Positions 36,888-50,382 of a stretch of DNA of 64,000 nt are shown one piece after another (positions within the stretch are counted from its first letter, which is position 1; every line of letters starts with the position of its first letter). Under the pieces are notes generated by a model. It was not told where the DNA came from and ran no database searches. It worked only from the letters and a program-made list of their open reading frames with translations. Where the stretch lies: assembly GCA_963723965.1 (NCBI GenBank), contig CAVRSV010000007.1:702251-766250 (forward strand). The letters are read 5' to 3'. This DNA comes from an uncultured Acidobacteriota bacterium. Its GTDB lineage: Bacteria; Acidobacteriota; UBA6911; RPQK01; JAPXNP01. The position numbers and the translations under genes are program-made.

Positions 36888-38630
36888 TCAGTTTCCTCCT
36901 TCCGAGGCGGAGAGCTCCGCAATCCGCTGTTGCACCTTCTTGATCAAGTACTGGATGGCAGGCTTGGCCTGAGGAGGCACCTGTCCCTCCATCTGCTGCA
37001 TCTGGGAAAGGGCCTGCTGCAACTTCTGCGCGTCCGTTTCCTGCTGGATCTGGGCCAGCTGCTGTTTGATCATCGGTTTCATCTGTGCCGGAAGGGCCGC
37101 CAGCTCCGGATCCTCGGGCGCCGTCCCCTGCTTGCGTTCGTACCAGGCGACGCTCCGGTTTTCCTCGGCCAGGTAGTCCTTCGCGACCCGCTGAATATCG
37201 GACGTCGTCACCGCCAGGAGCTTGGGAGACGATTCGTTGATGTAGTGCCAGTCGCCGTTCGAGTCGTAAAAGATGAGCTGGAGGAGAAGATAGAAATTGC
37301 TCTGCAGCCGGCGGAAAGAATCGGCCAGTTCGTTGTTCTTCAGCTTCTGCAGCTCGTGGTCCTCCATCGGCTCGGTCTCGAGCCGCTTCATCTCCGCGAG
37401 CAACCCATCCTCCACTTCCTGGTGAGTGTGTCCGTCCTTGACCTCGGCAGTGAGCTCGAGGTAGCCGGCGTACTTTCCCGTATTGAGGGAGGCCCGCGGC
37501 TGACCGACACAAAGCCCCTTCTCTTCCACCAGCGATTTGTACAACCGTCCGGTGCGGCCGTTCAGTGCCTGTGCCAGGATCTCGAGTGGGAAGCTGTCCT
37601 TGTGATCGAAGGCAGGCGTATGGTAACGGATCGTCACGGTCGGATTCGTTTCGGCCTCGCCCACGGTCCGCTTCTCGGCCGACTGCTTGACCTCGAAGGT
37701 GATCATCTCGGGAGGCGGCACCTTACCCCGGGGGATCCGGCCAAAGTACGTTTCAGCCAGCCGAACCGCCTCGTCCGGGTTGACGTCTCCCACCAGAATG
37801 GCGGTGATGTTGTTGGGAGCATAGAAGATACTGAAGTAGTCCTCTGCCTGTTCCCGGGTGATGGCCTCGACATCCGAAGCCCAGCCGATCACCGGCCAGG
37901 AATAAGGGGCCGACTCCCAGAACATCGCACCAAAGAGCTCGTCGAGCTTTCCGGTCGGCGTGGATTCGACCCGCAGTCGCCGCTCTTCGCGGACCACATC
38001 CCGCTCCGAATAGAATTCCCGGAAGACCGGGTTGAGCAGCCGGTCGGACTCGAGCCAGAGCCAGAGCTCGAGCTTGTTGGAAGGAACGGTGATGAAGTAG
38101 CCGGTCTGGTCTTCCGTCGTGAATGCGTTGAGACCCGATCCGCCTTCCTTCGTGTAGATCTGGTCCAGCTCGTCCTTGACGATGTACTTCTTTTCCTCGG
38201 AGAACAGCTGCTCCAGCTGGGCCCGCAGCTCCTTCAGTCGCGGGGTCTGGTTCTCCGGATCGTAGATACTGCCCGAGATCTCGCCGCGCAGAAGCTTCGT
38301 CCGAAGTTTGCTGTATTCCTCTCTCATCTGGGCGAACACGGCGTCCTGCTGATCGCGGACTTCCTGCCCCTTGGCGTAGTCCTTGGTTCCGATCGTCTTC
38401 GTCCCTTTGAACATCATGTGTTCGAAGAGGTGGGAAATGCCGGTGATCCCGGGCCGCTCGTTGACGGATCCGACCCGGGCAACCCAGCCGCAGGCGATGG
38501 TCGGGGAGTCGTGCCGCTCGACGATGAGCAACCTCATCCCGTTCGAGAGCGTCTCCTCGCGCACATCGACCTTCTGGGCCCACAGAGCCGGCATCATAGC
38601 CAGCGACACCAAAAGCGCGATTCTTTTCAT
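36888..38630 (-). CDS. M16-family zinc peptidase (pitrilysin/insulinase-like), catalytic-type subunit.
   Basis: Signal peptide MKRIALLVSLAMMPALWAQ; HLFEHMMFKGT inverted zinc-binding motif; ~580 aa. Confidence 0.8.
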   Translation of the reverse strand: MKRIALLVSLAMMPALWAQKVDVREETLSNGMRLLIVERHDSPTIACGWVARVGSVNERPGITGISHLFEHMMFKGTKTIGTKDYAKGQEVRDQQDAVFAQMREEYSKLRTKLLRGEISGSIYDPENQTPRLKELRAQLEQLFSEEKKYIVKDELDQIYTKEGGSGLNAFTTEDQTGYFITVPSNKLELWLWLESDRLLNPVFREFYSERDVVREERRLRVESTPTGKLDELFGAMFWESAPYSWPVIGWASDVEAITREQAEDYFSIFYAPNNITAILVGDVNPDEAVRLAETYFGRIPRGKVPPPEMITFEVKQSAEKRTVGEAETNPTVTIRYHTPAFDHKDSFPLEILAQALNGRTGRLYKSLVEEKGLCVGQPRASLNTGKYAGYLELTAEVKDGHTHQEVEDGLLAEMKRLETEPMEDHELQKLKNNELADSFRRLQSNFYLLLQLIFYDSNGDWHYINESSPKLLAVTTSDIQRVAKDYLAEENRSVAWYERKQGTAPEDPELAALPAQMKPMIKQQLAQIQQETDAQKLQQALSQMQQMEGQVPPQAKPAIQYLIKKVQQRIAELSASEGGN

Positions 38631-38779
38631 TGCATCCTTCCTCGAGGTTGTGGTGAGCCTCTGCGGTCCTCGGCGATCACGCGACCGCTGAGCGCACATC
38701 TCCGTCGGTCACTGTCCGGCCACCCGCAGAAAGTCCGCTCAGGTGGTGCCGGCCCAGTGTTTGAGTCCGGTCTGCCCGG

Positions 38780-39417
38780 CTAGTCCTCGACCTTGGCGCT
38801 GGTGATGTAATCCAGTTTGGGGAAGCTTTCCTTCAGGTAGGCATTCCCCTGGGAGTAGATGCGGTCCTGAGAAGGCCCTCTCCCGCTTGGAGCCCCTTCG
38901 CCGTATCCGGAATAGAGCTTCTTGATGTTGTCCATCCCTTCCACAACGCGTCCGATCGGGGCGAAGCCCATCTTGTCGAGACGGGCATTATTGGTCAGAT
39001 TGATGAACATCTGAGTGGTCCGTGTGTTGGGCCCGGAGGTGGCAAAGGTCAGAGTGCCGCCTTGTTCGACTGAGTGACGGGATCGTCCTGGAGGTTGGCA
39101 TGCTTCCACTTGTCGTTGACGGCCGGGTCGCCGTTGATGCCGAACTGGACGACGAATCCGGGGATCACTCGGAAAAAGGCGACGTTGTCGAAATATCCCG
39201 ACTTCACCAGGTTATAGAACCGGTCCGCTCCCAGCGGAGCCCATTCCCGCACGACTTCAATGACGACGGGGCCGCGGGTCGTCTCAAACCTGACATGGTA
39301 CTGGGCCGGGGCCTGTTCGTGCGGCAGTCCGGACCCGGTCGGGGCCTGGCCTCCACGGCAGTCTGCCACGAACAGCAGCACCAGCATCAAGGGGAAAACA
39401 AAGATGAAGTCTTTCAT
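38780..39417 (-). pseudogene. ppiB: Cyclophilin-type peptidyl-prolyl cis-trans isomerase interrupted by a -1 frameshift (or a sequencing error).
   Basis: Two overlapping ORFs (39049-39591 and 38780-39109) together make one secreted cyclophilin ([13 protein letters not shown] ... [21 protein letters not shown]). The frames join at ...SNKAAL* / ...EQGGTLTF, consistent with one missing G in an AAGG run (expected aag ggc ggc, observed aag gcg gca). Confidence 0.6.
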
Positions 39418-39504
39418 GGGTCCGGTTCCTCGCAAATCAGGAGTTATTCGAATCGTCAACCACCGAAAGAAGTAATCATAGCAAACCTGAGGCGGGCACT
39501 TGAG

Positions 39505-39532
39505 ATTTACGATTTTCGATTTTCGATTTGGT
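39505..39532. repeat. Tandem heptamer repeat GATTTAC GATTTTC GATTTTC GATTTGG; its last two units form the 5' arm of a 12-bp stem hairpin (39519-39530 pairing with 39538-39549).
   Basis: Read directly; the downstream segment aaatcgaaaatc is the exact reverse complement of gattttcgattt; 7-nt loop ggtgcaa. Confidence 0.75.
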
Positions 39533-39589
39533 GCAAAAATCGAAAATCCCTCAGTCCTTCGAGCTACACTCTTCCCGACGGGTTTCCCC

Positions 39590-39862
39590 ATGACCGACCG
39601 GGACCTTCAGCGTGAACTGCTGGCACTGCTTCCGCGGCTCGATATCGAACTGCGCCACACGGGCGGTGATCTGGAAGGAGGCCTGGTCTGCCTCCGCGGA
39701 CGCCGTGTGCTTTTCCTGAACCCGTCGCTGTCCGAAAGCAGACAACTGGATATTCTCTGCCGAATCCTCGGGCGGGAAGACCTGTCCCGCCTTTTCCTTC
39801 TGCCGGCCGTTCGGGCTCGACTCGAAACCGGTGCCGGTCAACCTGCCGGGACCTTCCGCTGA
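39590..39862 (+). CDS. Hypothetical 90-aa protein.
   Basis: ATG at 39590 downstream of the repeat/hairpin; moderate GC3 bias; the competing minus-strand ORF 39551-40411 is Arg/Ser-rich junk; no family recognised. Confidence 0.35.
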   Translation: MTDRDLQRELLALLPRLDIELRHTGGDLEGGLVCLRGRRVLFLNPSLSESRQLDILCRILGREDLSRLFLLPAVRARLETGAGQPAGTFR

Positions 39863-39986
39863 GTTTGGGACCCGCCGAGAATCGCCCGGGCAAACTTCCC
39901 GGACGTGACGGGCCTCACAAGTGCGCTCGGCAAGATGCCCTATCCTTCGGTCGAATCGTCGCTTCCTACCGTTAGGAGATCGCCAG

Positions 39987-40253
39987 ATGAAAGTTGATCT
40001 TGTAGAACTGAGAAAGGACATCGAAGCCGAGCTGAAAGGTCTCGAGCAGCGTCGCTCCACGCTCCTCAAGCGGCTCGAACTCATCCAGGGCGTCCAGGAT
40101 ATCGTCGAAGAATCGATGAGTGATTCGGGCGATTTCCGAATCCAGAAGGCCCTGGAGCGAATGGGAGACGCGGCCAAGGAGTCGGAGGAAGGCAAGGGTG
40201 GCGAAGAAGAACAGGAGGAAGAGCCCCCGATCCGCCTGGCTATCGGGTCCTGA
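39987..40253 (+). CDS. Hypothetical 88-aa acidic coiled-coil protein.
   Basis: AGGAG RBS 7 nt upstream of ATG 39987; heptad-like N-terminus (VDLVELRKDIEAELKGLEQRRSTLLKRLELIQ) and a poly-Glu tail. Confidence 0.45.
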   Translation: MKVDLVELRKDIEAELKGLEQRRSTLLKRLELIQGVQDIVEESMSDSGDFRIQKALERMGDAAKESEEGKGGEEEQEEEPPIRLAIGS

Positions 40254-40259
40254 TTCCGG

Positions 40260-41678
40260 TCACTCGAAGAACCCGGCTTCCTTGGGCCCCCAGGTTCCTG
40301 CCTCGTAGCGATGCACGGTTCGGGGAGCTTCGAGTAGGGGATCGTAAAGCCTCCAGGAATGCTCGGCCTCGTCCGCCCGCACGAAAAGGGTCTGATCGCC
40401 CATCGCGACATCCAGCAGCAGCGTTACGTAGGCGTCCCGAAGCGGGACGAAAGCCTCCGAGTAGCGAAAGCGCAGCCGCTCGGTTTTGGTGTTGATTTCC
40501 TGACCGGGGGTCTTGACCTCGAAGCGAAGATCGAATCCTTCATCAGGCTGGATCGTGATGATGAGCTCGTTGGAGGACACCTGGCATTCCGTGAAGGGGT
40601 GGAACAGCGACACGGGGGGACAACGGAAGCGGACCGCGATCCGCGAGACCCGCTCCTTCAGCCGCTTTCCCGTTCGCAGCAGAAACGGGACTCCCTGCCA
40701 CCTCCAGCTGGCGATCCCGAGGTTGAGTGAAACGAAGGTTTCAGTCTGGGAGTCTGGAGCGACGCCCTCCTCTTCGAGATAGCCCGGGACGTCCTCTCCC
40801 TGGACCTTGCCCGCACCGTACTGCCCGAAGACGACTTCGTCCGGTTCGATGGGCAGGACGGAACGGAGAATCTTCACCTTTTCGTCCCGGATCGAATCGG
40901 CATCGAACGCCACGGGGGCTTCCATGGCGGTCAGGCAGAGCAGCTGGGTCAGATGGTTCTGAACCATGTCCCGCAGGGCACCGGACTTCTCGTAGTATCC
41001 GGCCCGCGTCCCGACTCCGAGGCTCTCGGCCACGGTCAACCGGACACTCTGCACGTGGTCGCGGTTCCAGACCGACTCGAAGACCGGATTGGCGAACCGG
41101 AAGACCAACAGGTTCTGGACGGTCTCCTTCCCCAGGTAATGATCGATCCGGTAAACCTGCGGCTCCTGGAAGAAGCGATGCAGCGCCTCATTCAGGTGGT
41201 TCGCCGAGTCCAGGTCGCGGCCGAAGGGCTTCTCGATCACGAGCCGGGTCCAGCCGGAGCTGCGGTTCAGACCCGCCCGCCCCAGGCCCTCGATAGTCGG
41301 CTCCATCGCCGGCGGAGGCAGGGCAAGATAGATGATGCGGTTGCCCCCCAGATCGACCTGGTCCTCGATCTCCTCGATCTTCTCACGGAGTGCGTCGAAA
41401 TCGGATTTGTTCTCCCGAGTGATCGAGTGGTAATAGAGATTCTTGAGCCAACTCTCATCCTCCAACTCGATGGAGGCGTCGCGCAGGGCGGAGGCCGCCC
41501 AGTCGCGATACTGATCATCATCCTTTCCAACATCGCGGGCCACCCCGAGCACGTGAAAATCCGTGTCCCGGAGTTCGCGATTCTTCAACATCGCGAGCGC
41601 CGGCAACAGTTTGCGGCGCATCAAATCACCCGTACCTCCGAAGACCACGAACAAGTGTCTTTCGCTTTGTCCGCTCAT
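40260..41678 (-). CDS. zwf: Glucose-6-phosphate 1-dehydrogenase.
   Basis: VVFGGTGDL NADP-binding N-terminus, active-site RIDHYLGKE, RFANPVFESVWNR block; 472 aa. Confidence 0.9.
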   Translation of the reverse strand: MSGQSERHLFVVFGGTGDLMRRKLLPALAMLKNRELRDTDFHVLGVARDVGKDDDQYRDWAASALRDASIELEDESWLKNLYYHSITRENKSDFDALREKIEEIEDQVDLGGNRIIYLALPPPAMEPTIEGLGRAGLNRSSGWTRLVIEKPFGRDLDSANHLNEALHRFFQEPQVYRIDHYLGKETVQNLLVFRFANPVFESVWNRDHVQSVRLTVAESLGVGTRAGYYEKSGALRDMVQNHLTQLLCLTAMEAPVAFDADSIRDEKVKILRSVLPIEPDEVVFGQYGAGKVQGEDVPGYLEEEGVAPDSQTETFVSLNLGIASWRWQGVPFLLRTGKRLKERVSRIAVRFRCPPVSLFHPFTECQVSSNELIITIQPDEGFDLRFEVKTPGQEINTKTERLRFRYSEAFVPLRDAYVTLLLDVAMGDQTLFVRADEAEHSWRLYDPLLEAPRTVHRYEAGTWGPKEAGFFE

Positions 41679-41698
41679 GCAACCCTCGCATTGATCGG

Positions 41699-42760
41699 CT
41701 AAATCCCCAGCCCGTCCAGATCGTACTGATCCACGTAGCGGGGAGAGACATAGATATAACTCTCCTCGAAGAGCTTCTTCAGGTACTCCTTGACCTCCGG
41801 CTCCGCCTTCGTCTGGTACAGCTGCTCCACGATCTGTGGCCGGACCTCCTCGAGAGGCTTGAGCGAAGCAGGCGTCCGGCCAAGGATCTTGATGATCTGG
41901 AAGCCATAGTCGGTTTCCAGGATCCCGCTGTGCTCCCCGACGGGCAGTTTGAAGGCGACGGCCTCCAGCTCCTCATTCATCGATCCCTTGTTGAAGTCCC
42001 CGATGTCGCCGCCGCGCGAAGCAGTCGGTCCTTCCGACACGTCTTTCGCCACGTCCTCGAAGGCCTCCCCCTTGTTCAACCGATCGAGAGCCGCTTCGGC
42101 CTTCTGGTGAACCTGATCGCGCGACTTTCCTTCCTTGAGCAACAGAATCTCCGCGAGATGAACTTTGCCCGGGACGGTGAAATCGGCGGCATGCTCCTTG
42201 TAATAAGCTTCAACTTCCGGCGTCAACAGGGTGATCTTCGAGTAAACGAAGTTCTGGAGGAGACTCTGGGTGATCATCTGCTCCTTCACCCGATTCTTGT
42301 ATTCGGGGAGGGAGGATCCATGCTGGCGCAGATACTGGTCCAGCACGTCCAGACTCGGGATCCCGTTCTCCTTGCGCACCCGCTCCAGATAGGCCGCGAC
42401 GTCCGCGTCGGCGTTGGCGGCGAGACCGGCATCCTCCGCCTTTTGCACCATGACCTTGTTTTCGATGATCGTCTTCAGCACCAGCCGCTTCCGTTTGGCG
42501 TACTCCTCCTCGACCTGACTCGGGTCCTGGGCCGTCTCTTCAACCTGCTGATGCAACTGTTTCAAGGTGCGCTGGAGGTCGGTCAGCGTGATGATGTCGC
42601 TGTTCACTCTGGCCACGATCTCATCCAGGACGATCGCATCGCCATCGTCCGATGGCGGTTTCTCGGGCTTGGCTTCCTGGGCCCACACGGAGGCCATTAG
42701 CAGCGTCCCTCCCAGGACCATGGGCAGCATGAATCTAGGGCTGTTCCACTGTCGTTTCAT
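41699..42760 (-). CDS. SurA-like periplasmic chaperone/peptidyl-prolyl isomerase (parvulin domain).
   Basis: Signal peptide; SurA_N-like helical domain; parvulin block (HLAEILLLKEGKS...GGDIGDF); 353 aa. Confidence 0.7.
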   Translation of the reverse strand: MKRQWNSPRFMLPMVLGGTLLMASVWAQEAKPEKPPSDDGDAIVLDEIVARVNSDIITLTDLQRTLKQLHQQVEETAQDPSQVEEEYAKRKRLVLKTIIENKVMVQKAEDAGLAANADADVAAYLERVRKENGIPSLDVLDQYLRQHGSSLPEYKNRVKEQMITQSLLQNFVYSKITLLTPEVEAYYKEHAADFTVPGKVHLAEILLLKEGKSRDQVHQKAEAALDRLNKGEAFEDVAKDVSEGPTASRGGDIGDFNKGSMNEELEAVAFKLPVGEHSGILETDYGFQIIKILGRTPASLKPLEEVRPQIVEQLYQTKAEPEVKEYLKKLFEESYIYVSPRYVDQYDLDGLGI

Positions 42761-43689
42761 TGGGTCGATTCTCCACTGTCTCTAAACTCAGGTCCGGGCT
42801 GCTGACCCGGAGACTGGCATTCTGTATGAGCTGGTCGGTGTACTCCTCGACCCTCTCACGTTCCTTTTCAGCAATCAACAGATCGAAGATCTGGTCCCTC
42901 ACCTCGTAGAACTTCTGGTCGTGCGCGGGGATCCATTCCTCCAGGGCGAAGATGTGAAAGCCGTGGGCTGAGCGGAAGGGCTGGCTGATTTCCCCCGGCT
43001 TCAGGCTGAAAATCACTTTTTCGAATTCCTCGGGGAGCTCGCCGCGCTGGTAGGTTCCCAGGTCGCCGCCCGACTGGGCTGTGACCCCCAGTGAGACCTC
43101 CCGTGCCGTTTCTTTGAACTGCGTAACATCGCCATCCTTGAGGCGGGCCCGGACCTTCTCGGCCTCCTCCCGGGTCTCGGTGAGGATCTCGAGGACGTGG
43201 GCCTGGTCTCCGACCCTGAACTCCTCCATATGCTGCTCATAGTAAACCTGCAGCTCCCGCAACGTGACTTCCAGCCCGCCGAGGGCCTCCTCTTTGAGCA
43301 GCTTCTGCGTCAGCAGGTAATCGTAGACGTTGTCGCTCAGATCCCGCTCCGCCGCTCCCTCCCGGGGAGTCCACTCGGAGACGTAGCCTCGCAGCTCATC
43401 TTCCCCGACGGTCAGGCCTCTCCTCTTGGCCTGCTGAAGGAGGAGGCGATTGGTGATGAAATCCTTGAAGAGCTCGCGTGTCGGGATCGGACTCGGATCC
43501 TCCGTCAACTCGCCCTGAGCGGAGCCGAGGAAACGCTGAAAGTCCCTGGCATAGATCTTTTCACCGTTGAGCACCGCAATGACCTTCTGTTCGGGCTCAG
43601 GCGTCGGAGACTCCTCCGCGACGGTAGCCCGCCGGCAGGCCAGAGACTGGCCCAGGATCAGCAAGAGCAGCACCCCCGGCCCCACCATT

Positions 43690-43700
<11 letters not shown>
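42735..43700 (-). CDS. Second SurA/PpiC-like peptidyl-prolyl isomerase (parvulin domain), secreted.
   Basis: Signal peptide MRSRMVGPGVLLLLILGQSLA; parvulin motifs (HVLEILTETREEAE, SGGDLGTY); 321 aa. Confidence 0.7.
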
Positions 43701-47202
<3,502 letters not shown>

Positions 47203-47649
47203 AATCGATCGTCACCACTTGACCGCCGCGATCTTCGACCGACTGACGACCCACAATCTTGTCCTTCGGCCAGTCGCCTCCCTTGACCAGCACGTCCGGC
47301 CGGAGCTGCTCGATGACCTCCAGCGGTGTATCCTCCCCGAAAACCGTGACATAGTCCACACACTGCAGTGCCGCAACCACCTCGCATCGATCGCGCTCCG
47401 GGAGGACAGGACGACTTGGTCCTTTGAGGCGGCGAACCGATTCATCCGAGTTGACCGCCACTACTAGGATATCACCGAGGGAGCGCGCGCATTCAAGGTA
47501 GCGGACGTGCCCGGGATGCAGCAGGTCGAAGCACCCGTTCGTGAACACCACCCGCTGCTTCCGGCTCTGATGCCGTTCGATCAGCGCCGCCAGCTCGGGC
47601 CGGGATTTGATCTTGTCACGCGCCGTGGGGTGGGCGTTCATCCGCGTCT

Positions 47650-48594
47650 TCACCGTGGTTTGGGAACCGTCACCTTGAGTGTTGGAGGTTCGACCGATTC
47701 CACGCGGGCGACGCTTCGGTAGGGATCCGGGATGAAGACGCTGGCGGGCAGATCCACACTCTCCCCGGGGGACACGCTGCCCCCCAGCGTGACGTAGGCG
47801 TAGAACTCCTTTGTTTCAACCGTCTCGGTATAGGAGACGGGCACGGAAACGGCGACCTGGACGCTGCGGGGAGAGACGCGGGCACGCAGCTCCGCCGGCA
47901 CGACCCGCACCGAAAGGCGCATGGAGACCTCACGGCGCTTCTCTTCGATCACCACGAAGACATCGACGGAGGCCGCGTTCTCGATGCGGAGCCGCGAATC
48001 CTCCAGATCCAGATAGACCTTCTGGTGGAAGCTCTGGTCCCGGCCGGCAATGTCGATCGACTCGGTCTCGGCCGTCGTGGTCCTTTCCAGGCTCGACTCC
48101 GGACCGCTGATCAGCACCTCACTCGGCATGACGCGGACTTCCCGAACCTGGTACCCGGGAGCGGGTTGGCCGACGATGGAAGGCTGAACCCGCACGGTCT
48201 TGCGTCGGATCCTCTCGAGCTGAAGCCGGATGCGTCGCTGTTCGATGCCCTCGATTTGAACGCCGCTCGGAACATTGCGGATGTTTCGCTCCGTAATCGG
48301 GACGACCGTGGTCCCGGGCTCCGCACTGCTCAGATCGATGACGGCGGCCAGTTGTCTCTCATCCATGCGCAGTGAACTCGGTCGGGAGATGACCACGTTG
48401 ACCTCGCGTGGATAGTCGTTGGTGATCTCCAGTTCCTGCGGCATGTTGATGAACTCGACCGGGACGGCGACGGACCGCTGCACGCGCTGCTGGCCCGCGA
48501 TTTGGGCCCAGAGCAGAAAGGCCAGCACCACCGAGATCAGCTTCAGAGCCCAGTTGTCAAGGAAGATCCCGCGCAGAAATCCGAGCCAGTTCAT
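47650..48594 (-). CDS. cdaR: YbbR-domain protein (CdaR-like regulator of diadenylate cyclase).
   Basis: N-terminal TM followed by repeated YbbR-like beta-rich domains; located immediately downstream of cdaA, the canonical arrangement. Confidence 0.7.
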   Translation of the reverse strand: MNWLGFLRGIFLDNWALKLISVVLAFLLWAQIAGQQRVQRSVAVPVEFINMPQELEITNDYPREVNVVISRPSSLRMDERQLAAVIDLSSAEPGTTVVPITERNIRNVPSGVQIEGIEQRRIRLQLERIRRKTVRVQPSIVGQPAPGYQVREVRVMPSEVLISGPESSLERTTTAETESIDIAGRDQSFHQKVYLDLEDSRLRIENAASVDVFVVIEEKRREVSMRLSVRVVPAELRARVSPRSVQVAVSVPVSYTETVETKEFYAYVTLGGSVSPGESVDLPASVFIPDPYRSVARVESVEPPTLKVTVPKPR

Positions 48595-49412
48595 ACCGCC
48601 TCGCTCCGCTGCTGCCGGGTGTCCGCGAGCCCCCGCTTCCGCGCCCCTCGCGGCCCTTCCGCGACGGTTTCCAGGTACTTCAGCAGACGGGGACCATCCA
48701 GATTGCGACTGATCTCACCTTCGTGCACCGCTGAAATCGTGCCCGTCTCTTCGGAGACCACGACGGCGATCGCGTCGGTTTCCTCGGTGATTCCGATGGC
48801 GGCCCGATGCCGGGTTCCGAGTTCCTTGCTCAGGTACGGATCCAGGGTCAGCGGCAGAAAGCAGGCCGCGGCTGCGATTCGCTCGCCCTGTATGATCACC
48901 GACCCGTCGTGCAGCGAACTGCTCGGATTGAAGACGCTCACGAGCAGATCGTAGGTCAGGTAGGCATCCAGCTTGATGCCGCTTTCAACGTAGTTGCGCA
49001 GACCGATTTCCTGCTGGATGACGATCAGTCCGCCGATTTTCTGCGACGAGAGCGTCGTGGCGGCCAGGACGATTTCCTCGAAGATGTTCCGCTCCTTGCT
49101 GCGGATCATGTGGGCAAAGAACTTCCCTCTGCCGAGCTTGGTGAGGCCCCGCCGGATTTCAGACTGGAAGATCACGATGAGAGCGAAGACGAAATAGGTG
49201 AAGAAATTTGCCAGGATCCACTCCACCGTGCGGAGCTCGAAAATCCGAGCCAGGTAGTAAAACAGGGCCAGGGCAGTGACACCGACCGTCATCTGCCAGC
49301 CTCGGGTCCCTTTGATCAGAAGCAGGAACTGATACACGAGGATGGCCACCAGGACGATCTCGAAAACGTCCCGGAATCCCAGCCTCGAGAGTGCAGCAAT
49401 CAGATCATGCAT
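48591..49412 (-). CDS. cdaA: Diadenylate cyclase CdaA (DisA_N/DAC domain, membrane-anchored).
   Basis: Three N-terminal TM helices plus DAC domain motifs (DGSVIIQGERIAAAACFLP, RHRAAIGITEETDAIAVVVSEETG). Confidence 0.85.
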   Translation of the reverse strand: MHDLIAALSRLGFRDVFEIVLVAILVYQFLLLIKGTRGWQMTVGVTALALFYYLARIFELRTVEWILANFFTYFVFALIVIFQSEIRRGLTKLGRGKFFAHMIRSKERNIFEEIVLAATTLSSQKIGGLIVIQQEIGLRNYVESGIKLDAYLTYDLLVSVFNPSSSLHDGSVIIQGERIAAAACFLPLTLDPYLSKELGTRHRAAIGITEETDAIAVVVSEETGTISAVHEGEISRNLDGPRLLKYLETVAEGPRGARKRGLADTRQQRSEAV

Positions 49413-50277
49413 CGATCACCGTCCCAGCCTGCTCCGCCAGGATCGCGTCCGTAATGTCCGCGACCTGTCGGACCTCCTTCGCATCGTGGACGCGAAGCAC
49501 GTGGGCCCCCCGCAGAATGCAGACAGCACAGGCGCCGAGCGTGCCGACCAGCCTTTCGCCGACCGGTCGATCCAGTATCGCGCCGATCCATCGCTTGCGG
49601 GAGGGACCGACCAGAATGGGGCGATCCAGACGAGCCAATTCCGGCAAACGGTTGATCAGGACCAGGTTGTCGTCGACCGTCTTGCCAAAACCGATGCCCG
49701 GATCCAGCAGTATTCTATCATGCGGGATATGCGATTTATGCGCTTGATTTAGTGAGACTTGCAGGTCATCGACGACTTCGGAGAGGATATCCGGGCTGGG
49801 AGGAATCCGCTGCATCGTGGCGGGGGTCCCGCGCATCTGCATGAGGACGATGCCGGCCCGAAACTCGGCGACGACTTCCGCCATCCGGGGATCGAAACGC
49901 AGCGCGCTGATATCGTTGACGAGATCGGCGCCCGCCTCCAGGCACCGCAGCGCGACGGCGGCCTTCCAGGTGTCGATCGAGATCATCGCCGGGGTGCGGG
50001 AGCGGATCGCCTCGAGCACGGGACCGACGCGACTCCATTCCTCGTCGGCGGAAACCGGCACGGCCCCGGGACGGCTCGATTCGCCGCCGAGATCGAGGAT
50101 ATCAACCCCGTCCTCGACAAGCTGCAGGCAATAGTCGACGGCCTCGCGGGCATCGCGGAAGCGTCCGCCGTCGGAGAACGAATCGGGCGTCAGGTTGACG
50201 ACCCCCATCAGCCGCGTCCGAACGCCCAGTTCGAGGATCTTGTCGCGAGCGCGGAATTCGAATGCAGTCCGAGCCAT
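49405..50277 (-). CDS. folP: Dihydropteroate synthase.
   Basis: MGVVNLTPDSFSDGG, DILDLGGESSRPG, GAHVLRVHD blocks; 290 aa. Confidence 0.9.
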   Translation of the reverse strand: MARTAFEFRARDKILELGVRTRLMGVVNLTPDSFSDGGRFRDAREAVDYCLQLVEDGVDILDLGGESSRPGAVPVSADEEWSRVGPVLEAIRSRTPAMISIDTWKAAVALRCLEAGADLVNDISALRFDPRMAEVVAEFRAGIVLMQMRGTPATMQRIPPSPDILSEVVDDLQVSLNQAHKSHIPHDRILLDPGIGFGKTVDDNLVLINRLPELARLDRPILVGPSRKRWIGAILDRPVGERLVGTLGACAVCILRGAHVLRVHDAKEVRQVADITDAILAEQAGTVIDA

Positions 50278-50382
50278 GGACCCTCACCCTCCGAAGTCTG
50301 AGGTGAAAAGCCAGTCGGGAACGTCCTGGCGCGGACGCCCTCCATTCCGGCTCTTGGGACGAAGGGCCGGGCTGCGAACTGA

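Noticed and set aside
36870-38783. 637-aa + strand ORF antisense to the catalytic M16 peptidase.
   Set aside because: Leu/Arg-rich mirror of the peptidase coding strand; no signature motifs.
39551-40411. 286-aa minus-strand ORF spanning the two small + strand ORFs.
   Set aside because: Ser/Arg/Pro-rich translation without features; the + strand ORF at 39987 has a perfect RBS and heptad structure.
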